Source: the human T2T-CHM13v2.0 reference genome, Homo sapiens. Taken from it: a stretch of DNA of 64,000 nt. The notes under the pieces are model-generated. The model ran no database searches, was not told where the DNA came from, and saw nothing but the letters and a program-made list of their open reading frames with translations. The position numbers were made by a program, and so were the translations under genes. The stretch lies in NCBI RefSeq assembly GCF_009914755.1, contig NC_060928.1; one strand, given 5' to 3'. This document shows, piece by piece, positions 14,575-29,699 of this stretch (positions are counted from its first letter, which is position 1; the number at the start of each line of letters is the position of its first letter).

Positions 14575-15460
14575 CATAACCATCTCCAGTATAGTGCAGA
14601 TGTATGAAGGAATGGGTTAGGGATAAAGAGAGACAGAGCATTATGGGTGACAAACGTGGCAAAACATCAATGGCCAAGGGCTTATATTTTAGACTTAGAC
14701 TCATGAAAACAGGGACGGGAGAAATACTAGATCAACCGTCTTAGAAGAGGGTGGGCTCTGGTCCTGGTGATAGATAATTTGATTTACTCACTGATGAGGA
14801 CCCAGAAGCTGGAGAATTGACAAGCTGTGATGGTTGATCAGACCCTAGGGGCTGATTGGCAGCAGAGCCTCAGGTCTCACCTAAGGGAGGGACTTGAGTT
14901 TTTTCTTTTTAAATCAAAGTTTCTTATGCTACAAAAGAAAATTCAAATATTGTCTTTCTTTCAAGTAAGCTTTAAAATAATTTTCTTTAAGATAGCACAT
15001 ATTAATTTATGTACAAGATAAAATTCTGAGCTGAATCTGGGTCTAAATATCACAGCAACTTGCAAAATTGCAAAATTTTTAAATAACAAAACAGATGTCA
15101 TTAGAAGACAAATGTAATCTAATTAGCATACTAAAGTTGGAATTAAGCCAGGCTCAGCAACTTACATGGTGGATTTTTCTTCCAAGAAAAGATCCAGAGT
15201 TGTCAGAGCAAGCATATTAAAAAAAGAAATGTGCTACAAATGCACTTTTAATCATAATCAGGAATCCAGAAATGTGACAGTTGTTCATTTCTCAATAATG
15301 GTAAAACTGAATAATGTTTATTTATCACTTGTTTCACTCTACAATATTATTCTATTAAAGAAAATTAACCAAGGAAAAGGGAAATTGAGAAACATAAAGA
15401 TAATTTACATTAAGATTAACCATCCAAGCAAAGATCAATTAAAAAAGCAAAAAGAAACAA

Positions 15461-15800
15461 GGCTGGGCACCATGGCTCTTGCCTGTAATCCCAACACTTT
15501 GGGAGGCCAAAGTGGTAGGATTCCTTGAAGTAAGGAGTTGGAGACCAGCCTGGGCAAAAAAAGAAAAAAAAAAAAAAAGAAAAGAAAGGGAAGAAAGAAA
15601 ATGGGGAGACCCTGATTCTACAAAAACTACAAAAATAAAAATTGGCTGAGTATGGTGGCACATACTTGTAGTCGTAGCTTCTCAGGAGGCTAAGGCGGAA
15701 AGACTCTTGAGTCCAGGCTGCAACTATGTCAACTATGATTGTGCCACTGTACTGCAGCCTGGGTAACAGAGCAAGACCCTCTCTCAAAAAAGCAAACAAA
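15461..15800 (+). mobile_element. AluJ with internal A-rich insertion
   Basis: Diverged dimeric Alu; ~44-bp A/AG tract at 15557-15600 inside the left monomer; 'aaaaagaaacaa' on both flanks. Confidence 0.9.
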
Positions 15801-16699
15801 AAAGAAACAAACATTGAGGGTGAGTAGGACTAGATACCTGTTCCTTCAGGATTCAGAACAATAAAACTAAGCATAACAATGAGAAGTTGCCTTTAGATTA
15901 GGGAGGCTGAACAACAGAATGTTAACAAGATGAGAGATGCTGCAGATTATTTGAGACGAATAGCCTGAGCAACAAGAAATTGCATTTTAAAAATTTTTAT
16001 CTCTCTAGTTATGTCACTCTCACTCAACTCAATTCCCAGCTACTTTGTTGAATGGTGGAAAAATCAGAATGCATTTTGAAAAGAAGGGATTATTCACATG
16101 CTTGGGATTACGCAAATTGTGCTTTACTACATAGGCTGCAACAACCTCAGTGCTGGATAAAATATAGGTGGTCATTTACACTGGACTTAAAACTGGCCAA
16201 TTAAGGAACTGTAAAACATATACCATTGATTCTTGTTTAAATATGTATCTTATATTCAAATATAAATAATAAATACACTATTTTTTTCAAGTGGAGAGAA
16301 ATTTTTTTTAAGCCAGAGTTTTATGCTCTAAAATACCAGTCTTAAAAAACACAGAATTTCTTAAATTTCTGTTTAAGTCTCTTTTCCAAAGTTGAGCCTA
16401 GGTGTAATTTGAAATAATTTATTAGATTTTACTTGAAACACTATATATTTATTACTGTCCATATAAATAACCTGTAACATTTTCTTATTTCATCTTACCC
16501 TTCTACTTTAATATGTCTTCTCACTTTTGAATTTTATCAGTGTCCAAAGAAATAGCTTTCTGTGTTAATTTTATTAATCATCACCATTTTGAGAAGTTCA
16601 GCACCTCATCTTTTCCAAGAATAATATTTCACTCACCATGGTATTTAATTATGACTCAGAGGCTGTATGACTGACATCAATGTGCTTTCCTCATCAGAA

Positions 16700-17150
16700 T
16701 GAGTTTGTGTTGCATAAGTTCTCAGTGGAGGCAGGGGTGAAAGTGGTCCTCCTCTCACCTACTCCTACTGTTTATGCCCCCAGGGCACTCACTGTCTAGT
16801 ACTTGCATCTGTGACTCTACACTCAAGGGCTTTTTCTCAGCAAGGAGCAGGTCAATAGCGCTGGAGATGTAACTACTTCCCAATCCCAGCATCTTTAGCC
16901 ATTGACAAATGAGATTCGAAGGTTCAACACAGCAGCTTCCTCTTCCCTTGAGTGAGATGATACCAAGAAGGGTTCTACTTCTCAGTCATTCTCTTGGTAG
17001 TCCCCAACAGGTCTGTCTCATTTATCTAAAGAGTTAGTGTCTAATTAATAAACCCTGTCATGAATTATTTTCCTTTTCTATCTCATTCTTCTTTCCTGCT
17101 GGGGTTCCAGAATTAGCTCCTAAATAAACTACTTGCACTCACATTGCTGG
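16700..17150 (+). mobile_element. ERVL LTR (LTR16-like)
   Basis: 'cagcatctttagccattgac' and 3' 'ctcctaaataaactacttgcactc' match recalled LTR16 motifs. Confidence 0.6.
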
Positions 17151-17690
17151 AAAGGAAAACTGAAGGTTAAGATAAAGGAACTAAAGATGTTTCCAATAAA
17201 TCTATGGTGAAGGACAGTGTGTATGAGGGAAATAGCTGGATGATATAGATTGTCTCCTATGTATAATGACAAATATCAGAGAATATCCTATGGTGGACAT
17301 AAAGCCCAAAAGAGTGAGACTTTTTTTTTATCTTCAGCCATATTAACAGAGAAAAATATATTAAACTGTTCAAACATTTGTTTCCTTATTATTTCTCTTC
17401 TGGTTTCAAAGAAAATTTTAAGAAAATTGTGTTTTAATTGTTAATTTTTATGTAGTTTTCAGATAACTTTATAATATAAAAATATGGAATGTGTGATATG
17501 GAGAGGTAAATATCTTCTATATTTACATTATGTATAAATCATTTATTATTAATTATTTATCTCATTTTAGTTAAAAGTATTTTATGTTTTACTAAATATT
17601 AACATTAGAGCTTGGTTCAGATTTATTTTTATATTTATTTATAAAAGTATAAAGGATATGAATTTTTTGGAAATATACATTCAATTCTAT

Positions 17691-17743
17691 TTTCAATTGT
17701 ATTCTTGATTTCAGTTGTATTCTTGATTTCAATTGTATTCTTG
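17691..17743. repeat. 18-bp x3 tandem repeat
   Basis: tttcaattgtattcttga / tttcagttgtattcttga / tttcaattgtattcttg. Confidence 0.9.
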
Positions 17744-18098
17744 TAATTATGCTCAAGGTAATTGTATCACTTTGTGAATTAAAAAGTAGTTCTTGATCTA
17801 ATATTTATGATGATCCTTAATAGATGGACTGATTAAATTTATTAATTTAACTAATTTTATATTTTCAACAGAAAATGTAACTTTAAATATGTTGCCTTGT
17901 TTTATTGGCTTGTCTTAGTTGAAAAAGATAATCGATTTTAATATTAAATAGATACAATTTATTAAGTAGACACATTTACAGATATTAAATTGATACATTT
18001 TAAGTATATTTTACATATGCAAAGTGCACAATGTGATCAATTTTATTCCAGCTGTACTCAAATTATCAAAAATGTATTGATTGTGTTGACTACTTGCT

Positions 18099-18150
18099 GT
18101 GCTACACTGATAATAATGCTACACTAATAATAATGTGCTACACTAATAAT
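18099..18150. repeat. ~18-bp x3 tandem repeat
   Basis: 'tgctacactRataat' three times in succession. Confidence 0.85.
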
Positions 18151-18884
18151 TTTCTATTGGTTGTTTAAGAATATTTTTTCTTGCTGCTATGCTTTTTATA
18201 CAAAAATAAGAATAAAAATATTCAGCAAATTTTAATATGTTACAACCAAATGGTTTCCTCTTTTATTTTAGCATTTTTGGCATAAATTTTATATTTTAAG
18301 AGTAATACAAAAATATCCCCTTTTATTTGAGTTTAATTTATATGTGGCTTTGTCTTTGTAGTATTTAAAACAATTTCAATTTTTACCACCTCTTATAATT
18401 AGTAGATAATTGGATTCTATATTAATACAATATTAGATTATTTTCATTTCAAAAATATAAAAGCATTTCTCATCCCAACTTACTAAACTTGATGAGTACA
18501 TCTTTAGCCTATCTTTGATCTAGGTTTTGTAACACTGTGTGCTTTCATGTTTTTCACAAAGTTTGTAAAAATATCCATATCTTTTTTTATTTATTGATAA
18601 AAAATATTTATCAATGTATATTAAAAAATATTTTTGTATTGTGTTTGATGCAAGATAAATATTCAGCTCTTTGCTTTTCCCACTTTGCCATATATCTTTT
18701 ATGGCTATTATTTGACCTTTTAAGGGTCATTTTTATTTATTTATATTTTGAATTATTTTGTTTTCTTAGTTACGGTTATTTAGATTTATCAGTGTTATCC
18801 TTTTTCCTTCCAAGGTGTAACATTTTTTTATTTACCAGTCATCATAACCAGTTATTTATTGTAACCTTTTTCTTTTGGATTTTT

Positions 18885-19032
18885 TTTGTTAAGCAACTAT
18901 TGCAGAAATGCCCTCCACCGCCCGTGCACTCTCTCTCTCTGTATACACACACACACACATATGTACACACACTAATATATATTTGTGTGTATATCTTCAT
19001 GGAAAGGTCTAATATCATTGAAATTCCTTTTC
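18885..19032 (+). repeat. Dispersed direct duplication, copy A
   Basis: 'tttgttaagcaactattgcagaaatgccctccacc...ggaaaggtctaatatcattgaaattccttttc' recurs at 21264-21413. Confidence 0.97.
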
Positions 19033-19686
19033 TGCTTACAGAATTATGTAGATATATACCACTCTACTGCCTTCTGCCATGTATTATTAAGGATATAATT
19101 TTATTTACTTTTATAAATAACGTGATTTTTACCTTGAATTCTTATATAACTTATTTTTTTCAGTAAAAGAAATTTTCTAGGGCCTCTGTTAGCATCATCT
19201 TCATTCATTTTATATGCTTGGAAATATTGACTCTAAATCGTCAATCTCGTATCTTATTTTTAAAGTTTGGCAAGTCTCCTACTAAACTTGAATCATTGTT
19301 TCTGATCCATTTGCCCTATATATTGAGAAATGATTACCATTTGAAGGTTGGAAATCTGTAGTTTGCCTTCACTGCTTACTTTCTCCTTGTTTTTTGTTTT
19401 GTTTTGTTTTCTGTTGTTGTTGTTTCTTTTATTCATATGAAATGAATTCTTAGAGAACTTCTCCACATCTGTTCTACCTAATTGATTGAGTTTCCTATAT
19501 TATCAAATCTGCTTTGGCTACTCTGGTAAAGCTTTAATTTTGTACACTCAGTTTTCATGTTATTGCTCTCCCTTATTATCTGAATATGCTTTCTCCTTCA
19601 CTAAAAAAAGTATTATTAATGTACATAATGTCTCCTTATGAAGAAGCAAACATCATTTTCTTAAAACGACTTGGTTCATAAAGTAA

Positions 19687-20055
<369 letters not shown>

Positions 20056-20877
20056 TAGGGCAAATTATACACTTTTCTATTTACTATTTTTCACAATAAT
20101 TTAATCTTCTTTTGCTGACATTTTGATGTTATGAGCCTTTTCCAAAATTTCTATATTGATTGTGAGGATGAGAAGAGAAGTGACAGTAATATTTTACCCT
20201 TAATTGTCAACCTTCTGCCTGAATATTGGCAGATGGCTCCTCCCCAGATCTAAACGCAATGTTTTGTGGTGTTAGGCACTGCAAGACTCTGCTCATAGCT
20301 GGCATCCAACAGGTGCCAAATTCACTTGTACAACTAGTTCTCATTCAAAATCCCTGAGCACTTAGCAAGAGATCCAAACCTGGCAAGATCAAAGTTCATA
20401 AAACCAAAGAGAAGTAGTTACGGGGAGATTTATATGATTGAAATTTGACTAAAATATAAACTATTAGGTCAGATAGGCACCTTTTCATTGTATATTGGAA
20501 AAGTCAGCATGACATTAACCCAGAGTTTTACAAAACCTTATCAACATTTATATTTATGGGAGTTGGTTAATTATGGTACCTTACACATCTGTTTGGGAGA
20601 ACTTAGCAAAATAATAAGATAATCTCCCAAGACAAGTGATGTATTTCCTGAGAATATAGACTATGCCTTTTCTTTCTTTTCTGTTCAAGTTACACTTAAA
20701 ATGCTTGTCTTAAAGAATTTTCCTTCTCTTACATGATTTAAGAATGTGAGTGTCTTATATGTAAAACCATATAAGTTACAAGCCATTATAAATGAGAAAG
20801 TAGAAATCAGTTATCAATCTCTGATTATTGAATTTTTTTAAGCTACTATGTGCAAGTTAAAAGAAAGGTGAATTTAA

Positions 20878-21208
<331 letters not shown>

Positions 21209-21263
21209 TTTAAATTTTTACCTTTAGTTTCTACATAATAATAAATAAATATATATATATATA

Positions 21264-21413
21264 TTTGTTAAGCAACTATTGCAGAAATGCCCTCCACCCC
21301 CCGTGCACTCTCTCTCTCTCTGTATACACACACACACACGTATGTACACATGCTAATATATATTTGTGTGTATATCTTCATGGAAAGGTCTAATATCATT
21401 GAAATTCCTTTTC
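21264..21413 (+). repeat. Dispersed direct duplication, copy B
   Basis: Matches 18885-19032 with 4 substitutions and one extra CT unit; follows an (AT)n tract. Confidence 0.97.
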
Positions 21414-24400
21414 AATGCTATATGTATATATAACTGTTCAGGCTTATCAGGCTTATTAAGGAAAAACTTTGAAAGGGAAAAGAATCCTAAGTTTTTCATG
21501 TGTTCCTTTGTCCTTTGCTCAATCATTTTTGGAAATCTATGTGCATGCACCATCTCTATCCTTAGGTTTGCCCAATTTTAAAATCCTCGGTGTCTGCTCA
21601 ATATTTCCTACTTATAGTACAAATGAAATGTAGTCATAATGTTTACATAATCGGTATAAAGACAATTTTATACCAAACATACATGTAACCATCTAATAAA
21701 CACAGCTTAAAATATATAACCTATTTAAAAGGAAAATGCTTGCAGATGAGGCAATTCAATTTGAAAAGTATTTTAAGTATAAATGTCTAAAGAGGTAAAA
21801 ATTAAGAAAAGATGTTAAGCTAATACTGTCTTATAATTGAGTTCTTATTAGTGTATAGACAGCAGTTAATTCAGTCGAGATTAACTAGTACTTAAAGAAA
21901 GTGAAAGCAATTTACACTTTGGTGTGAGCAACATCAATTGTCTTTGCTTTTTTGCCTCTAACTAAGGCTATTTTGGGCTGTCTGCCACTTGGGAAATGCT
22001 GCTTTTACTGTATTTCACAAAATTATTGAACAGGATACCTTCTAAATTAAATTTCTTCATGGGTAAATTTTCTTAAAATTTGAGTCTAAATCTGCCAGTC
22101 CAAGGTAGAGTAAGTGTTGAGAAAGAAAATGTTCTCCACACTATCATGCCATTTGTCCACCAATAATTTGAAATATAATTTTCTTTTTTCTTCCACTCAA
22201 CCAATACTTACCATTCCACAATTGAGACCCATGAAGAATCATTATTGGTACAGTGATATATCCAGATAAGCAGACATGTACACAGACCCCAAAAATGCAA
22301 ACATAAAAATAATAAAACTTCAACCTTTCAAAGTACATCTTAGATTAAAAATGCAAAATAATAGCTATTTTGCATATACACTAGAAAATAATTTCAACAT
22401 TCATCTAAAAATAAAATTTCTTCATCAGTGAATTTCTGAAACCAATGTGGTTTATGAAATATTGATGTATATTTTAGAGATAAGAAGATGGTGAGAACTC
22501 AAATTAAGCTGTTTACTCTCTGACTCACCAGCACAGCTCAGAATTGTATGCTTCCAACATACAAACCTGTATTAATCTGGTATCTTATTGAGATCATAGT
22601 GGAGAGTCTCAAGTATGTAGCCCATTAGGATAATTCAAATAGACACTATAACACTCTACTGTTATCAGATATCATCGCCTGTGTGGCTAAAGGACACGAA
22701 CCTTAGGAAAACAAATAAATAAGTAAGTAAATAAATACATAAATTCAAGAGAGTTGTTAAAGGCTTTAAAAATGTTTTAGTGCAAAATTCTTGTTTTAAA
22801 GCTTCGTAAACACTCCGGACCTCTAGATATATAATGACCCCTTTAATTTGGCTTTCCTGCTGAGCCTTCTAAATTCAGAGTAAACAATTATTGAAAAAAT
22901 AATGAGGTTCAGATTAAAAGCCCACAAACAATAGCATAATTGACTATCTTAATAAAATCTTGGAAAAAAGACACTGACCCAGATGCCACAGAGCATAAGG
23001 TAAATCTAATGAAGACCCGAGGAAAATCATGCACCTTCTCATGGGAAATGCAAAACTATCCTACCTCTCTTCTCCTATTATCCTTGTTTAATCTTCTTCA
23101 GAATTAGGTCCCTAGGGTAATTTCAAGTATGTATTCTAAAGCTAATTGCTCTTCTTTTTATTTTTTTTGACTTAATGATTGGAGCATAGTGGGAAAAATA
23201 GAACTAACATTTAAAAATGTGAAGAAAGTATTTAAATTGTCTATATTTAAAGGTTGTTTTCATACACATTTAATGGTCTTAGTAAAACTACATTTGAAGT
23301 ACTGAACTAATCTATTGAATTCAATTTTACTTGCAGAGCCATTTTCCAATACACTAGCAACAACATTTATTGTTATAGTATGTGCTTCATTTTATAGAAT
23401 GTTCTAAATTAATACTTCATTTTATCCACGTTAATAATGCAAAACAAGAGAAAGTCTTGGTGAGTATAATGTATATTGTAAATATTCAAATTTCATTTAT
23501 ATGAATAATTTAATTGCATATGGCATATAATGATGTTATAGAACAAGTTTAGTAGCATGAAGAAATCCACTGATCTGAAATCATGGACGTCAACTTTCAG
23601 TTTTCTGAATAACATTTTCCCATACAGTTCACAGTAAAATTAGCACTGAATGACTTCAAAAAAGTTTAATTCATAAACAGTACATAAGAAAATTTAGATC
23701 AGATTGCTTATTGCAACATATTACAAAGGGGACAAGCTGAATGAGAGTCAAGTATTGGGTTCTAATGCTTTTGGAAAAATCACTTATGTTCCCTAGGACT
23801 CATTTTCCTCTTCAAAATAAAGACTTGAAACAGATGATCGTTAAGGTCCTTGCTAGTATTAGAAAGGTTTAAGTATTAAAGGAAAATTCCCATACTACAC
23901 CTATCAGATTACAGATAACAAAACTCCTGCCAGGTGTTTGGAGAAGATTCCAGAAAGTAGATCCCTTATTCTACTTATGAAAATATTTGTCAGACTTCTT
24001 GGAGAAGAATTTCTCAATATCTAGAAAACATACTTTATGGATATATCATATATATACATACACACATTTATATGTATATATAATTATATATATGCATAAA
24101 TGTGTTATATAACTAAGACAATATTTGACTAAATAAACCAAATTAATTATTAAAACTAGATTATCTGGAATAATAGAAGGTACTGTATTAACAATGAGAA
24201 AACTTTTCTTAAATGTGAAACATTTTCAGTTTTCTATCACTTTGTGACCCAGTTTCCTCATATGTAAAACAAATATTTGCATGCCTGATATAAAAATAAC
24301 ACATAAAATACCTAGCAAACTAAAGATTCTCTACAGAGAGGCAGCAACTTGGGAAAAATAAAAAGTTATTTTTTGGAAAGTATGTACATTTTAGAATCAC

Positions 24401-25159
24401 ATAAAGTTCTCAACAAAGACCTTAAAACTACCCACCCAGTCTCATCCATCCTTTTCTTTATTCTTACCTTTTATCAAGATAAGTTGTTTCTCATTCTCAT
24501 CTTAAAGTAGAAATATCACAGCTCATTTTCTGCCAGTTTACACCACTCAACCTGCCATTAAACACTGGTGTCTTATCTCACAGACCAGAAAGACACACAA
24601 GAAAACAATACTGTCAGTGTCTGTTGTGATTGGCCAGTGCCTGAGCCCTACTGGCTGTTAAGGATTTAGATATTTTGAAGATCATCCATTCTTAATCATG
24701 ACTCCTGTAACTTACTTTTTATCATCTTGGGGCAGTTAATTTGTTTGTGGATAAGTCATGTTAAAAAGAAAAAATATTAATAAACCATGCAGTTAACCAT
24801 TTCTATAATTCTGTGAAAACATCTACACATTTAAAGGCTTTCATTTGGGGGACCCACATGATAAATCACCATATGGAAATAACTCTTTCCTTGTCAAAGG
24901 CTTGTAATCTAAAGGATGCCCTCCCACCCTCCCTGTGTCAACCATCCCTTCTGAGAAACAGAACAGTCACCTGCTTCTTAGAAAATGTAAAGGAGAGCTC
25001 ATGAGACATGGAGCCTATTTGGGGAGGAGAAGGAAGAGAGGTGCCACCCAGTTCAGGATGCTACTCGACCCCATCCGTGTCTTGTTCTAACAACTGTTTG
25101 AAGAACAGGGTTCTCCGATGAAGTAGGAAAAGTCAGCTTAGAACAAATAACTGTACTTA

Positions 25160-25560
25160 TTTTTTGTTTTTGTATTTTTAACTTTTTACTCAGAAATGCT
25201 CAAATTTTACCTAGAAATTTAAACTTACCAATAAGTTACAAAATAGGAAAAATGGGAAAATAAATACTCATTTACTCTTTACCCGGATTTACCTATTGTT
25301 AGTGTTTTATCCCATTCACTTTTTCATTACTTTCCTATCCATCCATCTATACACATGTCTACGTGTTAGGTGAGTATGTGTGGATATTCATGCAGACAAT
25401 TTTTCTAGAATCATTTAAATGCAATTTCCATATGCTATTGTCCTTTACCTGTGACTACTTCACTGTGTATTTCATAAGAATAATGATATTATTTTACACA
25501 ACTATAGCACCAAACTGTACTTACTTTTTACAATTTAAATTTTATCTAACAACAACCGTA
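25160..25560 (-). mobile_element. Old L1M (L1MC/MD-like) 3' fragment
   Basis: 'tttaaacttaccaataagttacaaaatagg...ctttacccggatttacctattgttagtgttttatccc...tacttcactgtgtatttcataagaataa'. Confidence 0.6.
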
Positions 25561-25798
25561 TAATATTTACTATGTACTAGGCATCACTTCAGCTTGGTCC
25601 CACCCATTACTGGCTGCATGGCATTGTACAAATGACTTAGCTTGCTGTGCCTCAGTTTGCTCATAAGTAAAATCAGAGTAATAATAGTACCAACTTCAAG
25701 TGGTACCTAGAACAGAGTAGGTATTATGTAAGTTTTGTTAAATACAATTTAAATTATAAGACTAAATACAGTTTGGACTGTTATTTGGGGTTTTTCTT

Positions 25799-25860
25799 TT
25801 ATATATATATATATTTTATTATACTTTAAGTTCTGGGGTACATGTGCTCATGTATACATA
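25799..25860 (-). mobile_element. 62-bp L1PA 3'-end insertion with 5' inversion
   Basis: 13-bp TSD 'tggggtttttctt' at 25786-25798 and 25861-25873; antisense L1 end 'ttattatactttaagttctggggtacatgtgc' followed by sense L1 'catgtatacata'. Confidence 0.85.
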
Positions 25861-28800
25861 TGGGGTTTTTCTTGACCTTCACCTTACTGCATTCCAAATC
25901 TTCTCCTTATACTTGTACTCCATGGCAGTGAACATCACTGGAGAAAATATCCAAAATCCATGTTCTAAGGCTGATTCTGCTGTACTATGCTTCTTGCTCT
26001 GAATCCTGACAGTTTATTTATACTCTTCTGGCATTCATCTCCATGTTATTATAATTTCATGCAATGAATCACATGCTCCTTTTTAAGTAACTTTGACACA
26101 AAATAACACCATATAAATCTGTTAAAAATGTATGTCATTATAAATAGAGAAATCATGATGACAGCAGGATAAGAAGATTGAGAGAGGAACTCTCTAACTT
26201 TCCTTTTCTGACCTCTAACATCTGTCAAAATATCACGTATCTCATTCAACATTTTTGTCATTATTATTTATGTTAATATTATTTGTGTATATTATCTCAC
26301 GATAATAGTTAAAAAGTGTCCAGTAGAGAAGGATGCCTTGTTTATTCTTAAATATATCTGATGTACCTTTATTTAACATTTTTTCAGACAAAGGTGGCAA
26401 AGGGATAGACAGCCTGAGGAATAAACCCAGGCTGGGGGTGTCCTTGTAACAAAGGGGGAGGCTTGGATTTTTGTAGAATTCATTAATTCATGGGATAAAC
26501 AGGGGAGTGAGAGATAGAATGAGACTCCTACTTCATCTGGCTAGGGTTACCGGTGATGCCACCAGTCAGGAATACAAGTCAGATGTGACATTGTTTGAAT
26601 AGCTGTTGGTCCTTCCAAAGGTCAAGCCCAAGGATCTGGATGTAGATGGAGAAGCCAATGATAGATACATAGATTTAGGAGTCCTCAGCATGTAAGAGTA
26701 TTACAAATCAAGGAAGAATATACATATATCAGGGCATATCTAAAAGAAAAATGTCCCTCAGATATATATATGAACACAAGCTAATAGAGAAATGAAATCA
26801 CTGGAGAAAGAAAGGCAAATTGAAGATGAACAAAAGTGAGTGCAAAGGTAAGAAGAAAAGTAAGCCAAGGAGAAAAGCTAGAGCATGGCTGGGCAGAGGA
26901 CACAGTGCCAGGGCCATGGAGGAACCCATCTACCCAGACACAATGCTCCATTGAAAAAAAATAATGCCACACACGAAATGTGTTTGTGTTTTTATAGTTC
27001 AGAGTGTCTGTAAAACCGTTCTCATTACATTAATTTCCAGTGGAAAAAGTAATATACCTTTCAAAACACTAGATTTGTAAATGCCCGGGAATGTCTAATT
27101 TCTGCCATCCTCATAATGTCATGTAATAAAAGATGAAAAAGAGGCCTTTACAAGATGTTTAGAAATAGAATAAGCAGTAAGGAGAAAATTTCCTTTTCCT
27201 TTTAAACAAATTTGAAAATGGGCATGCTTCCAACTAATAAAAGTATGCTTACTTCCACCAGGCCTATCCAGGAAACCCTGCTTGCAGCCCCCAGCAATCT
27301 TACCAAGCAAGCCCTTGTCTCAGGAGTATTTTATGTCAACCAATGCTTCCGATAAGATACACAGGAAAACAGGAAGACAGATAAGCCCATGACACTCAAA
27401 AATAGTACCAAGCATGGATATGTGTCTCTTTTCCCAAAAAGAACCACCTCTACTTAAGAGGAAATAAACTAATTAAAAGCAGCCTGATTACTATCAGTGA
27501 TTAATTGACAAACACAAATTAGTGATACTAGTGACACCATGAAAGAAAAGAGCCAGGGCTTACATTTAATTCATCCACTGTATCAGTTAACATCAGCCAT
27601 CAATTTATAAAATTGAGAGAGCACAATGATGGAGTAAGCAAAAATGATTGAGTAAGCATGCCTGCTGTACTGCTGCCTAACGTATTTTATTAAAAAAAAA
27701 AACACTGTAATACCTATGCGTACTGACTGTATTGTAGGAGTGTACAGTGGAGTCTGGAGTTAAAAGGGCAAGCCATACAGGTTCGAGATCTGGTCTTGCC
27801 TCTGATCTGGGTGTAACCCTAAAGCAAGCACTCAAGGCAAAATGAAAAGAATGGACTCATTCCTTTTGTTTCTTATTAAATTTTTTTCAAAAAGTCTTTT
27901 ATGGAGCCTTTATGACTAAAATAAAGACTCGTCTTCAGGTTGAGAGGTGGAGATCTGCCCCCAGCCTTCCTCTCACTGTCTATCCCACCCAGCCCACATG
28001 AGTGGTCCCAAAAGCTCCTCCAGAAAATATGAGGGCTCCTCAGAAATAAATTATTTTATTTGCTCATTTATTCAAGAAATGCTTATGAGCAAGCCATTTG
28101 CTAATCGTTGGGAACATAGTGATATATGATTACTCACTCTGACCTTAGAAACTATTGGGTTATATGATCTAATTGGCTGTTGGGCTTCTCAATGTTCCTC
28201 AAGTACTGAAACAGTCAGAGGCTGGTGTAAGTGAGAGGTGCAGAGCCTCAGTGTTTTTTTCTTCAATGAGTAAAATTGTTCTACAGGCAAGGAAGTTTTG
28301 CTTCTATAAGCTTTAATTATAAAATGTCTCTCATTACAGCTAATTTTAAGATATTGTCCAAACAAATGTCATGTGTTGAAATTCTGTTGATTAAATTTGC
28401 ACTTAGAATCAGTGTGCAATTCACAGTTTCAAGGTTTTCTTCCAAATGCTCTTCAATATACTTTCAATTATTGATAATCTAGTCCTTTCCTCTTATCCCC
28501 AGAGGGTCAGACTTCTGTTATTGCTCTGCACCTAAGCCTGCCTCTCTGAAATCTCCAACTTTTCTAAACCTGCTTTTCCCACATAGAATACATGTGGTCT
28601 GATATTTTTTCCTCTCAACCTTGTAATCTCTTGGATAACAGTCAGCTAGGCCAGACTAATGCAGGATAATGAATACATATAAATCTTTCAGAGAACTATG
28701 AAGGCATTTTAAAATCAACTTCAAAAATCAGAGCCAACTCAAAGAGGTGACTAGAAAAGTGAAAATTCCAGGAATCTTGGAAATTCAGTTGCACAGGTAC

Positions 28801-29070
28801 TTTGAGCCATGAAGGGCTTTGGGACCTCCCTCAAGTTTTGTTTAATCACCACTTGTCCTTAAGAATATTTTTCCTCTGGGTCTAGATAATGTTTATAATA
28901 TGAATTTTTTCTGGATTTTTTTTGTTAGATAATTTGACCAACACTACAACAGGTTCTCCTATTTTCTTAATACTAATAAATACATAGAAACTGAATCTTC
29001 ACTCTTAAGTGGATCTTTATACATCTATAGTGCTCTTTTATCTTCTTTAGAACGACTTACCACTGCCTAA

Positions 29071-29382
<312 letters not shown>

Positions 29383-29699
29383 AGTTTGCCTAAATTCAAT
29401 TCATATTGAACTAAGAGTGGAGGCAATTAAGAAGAGAAAACCATTAACATGAACACTGTCTGTAACCCGTAATAATTATCTATAGCAAGATTAACCAGGA
29501 ATTTTAAGTGATCTTCACTATCACATATTACAGAAATTTACAAAATAAAGCAAGTAGATCAGCCATACTGGTGTCTAATTATTACAGACCCACAGAGTTT
29601 ACCAAAAAATAGTTATTAAATATTAATATGTTTTTAAATTTTCTGGGTGGCTATATTCTTCTAAGATTTCCGATCTTGTTATTGTACCATTCTTTGCCA

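Noticed and set aside
18537-19166. 209-aa ORF, the longest outside the SVA
   Set aside because: F/I/L/Y-rich translation of T-rich, probably antisense old-L1 sequence running through microsatellites; non-ATG start and no protein-like features
22205-22395. Strong minus-strand donor (ATG|gtaagt) with a possible acceptor near 22381
   Set aside because: Intervening sequence is AT-rich with no recognisable coding signal; isolated splice-like motifs are common
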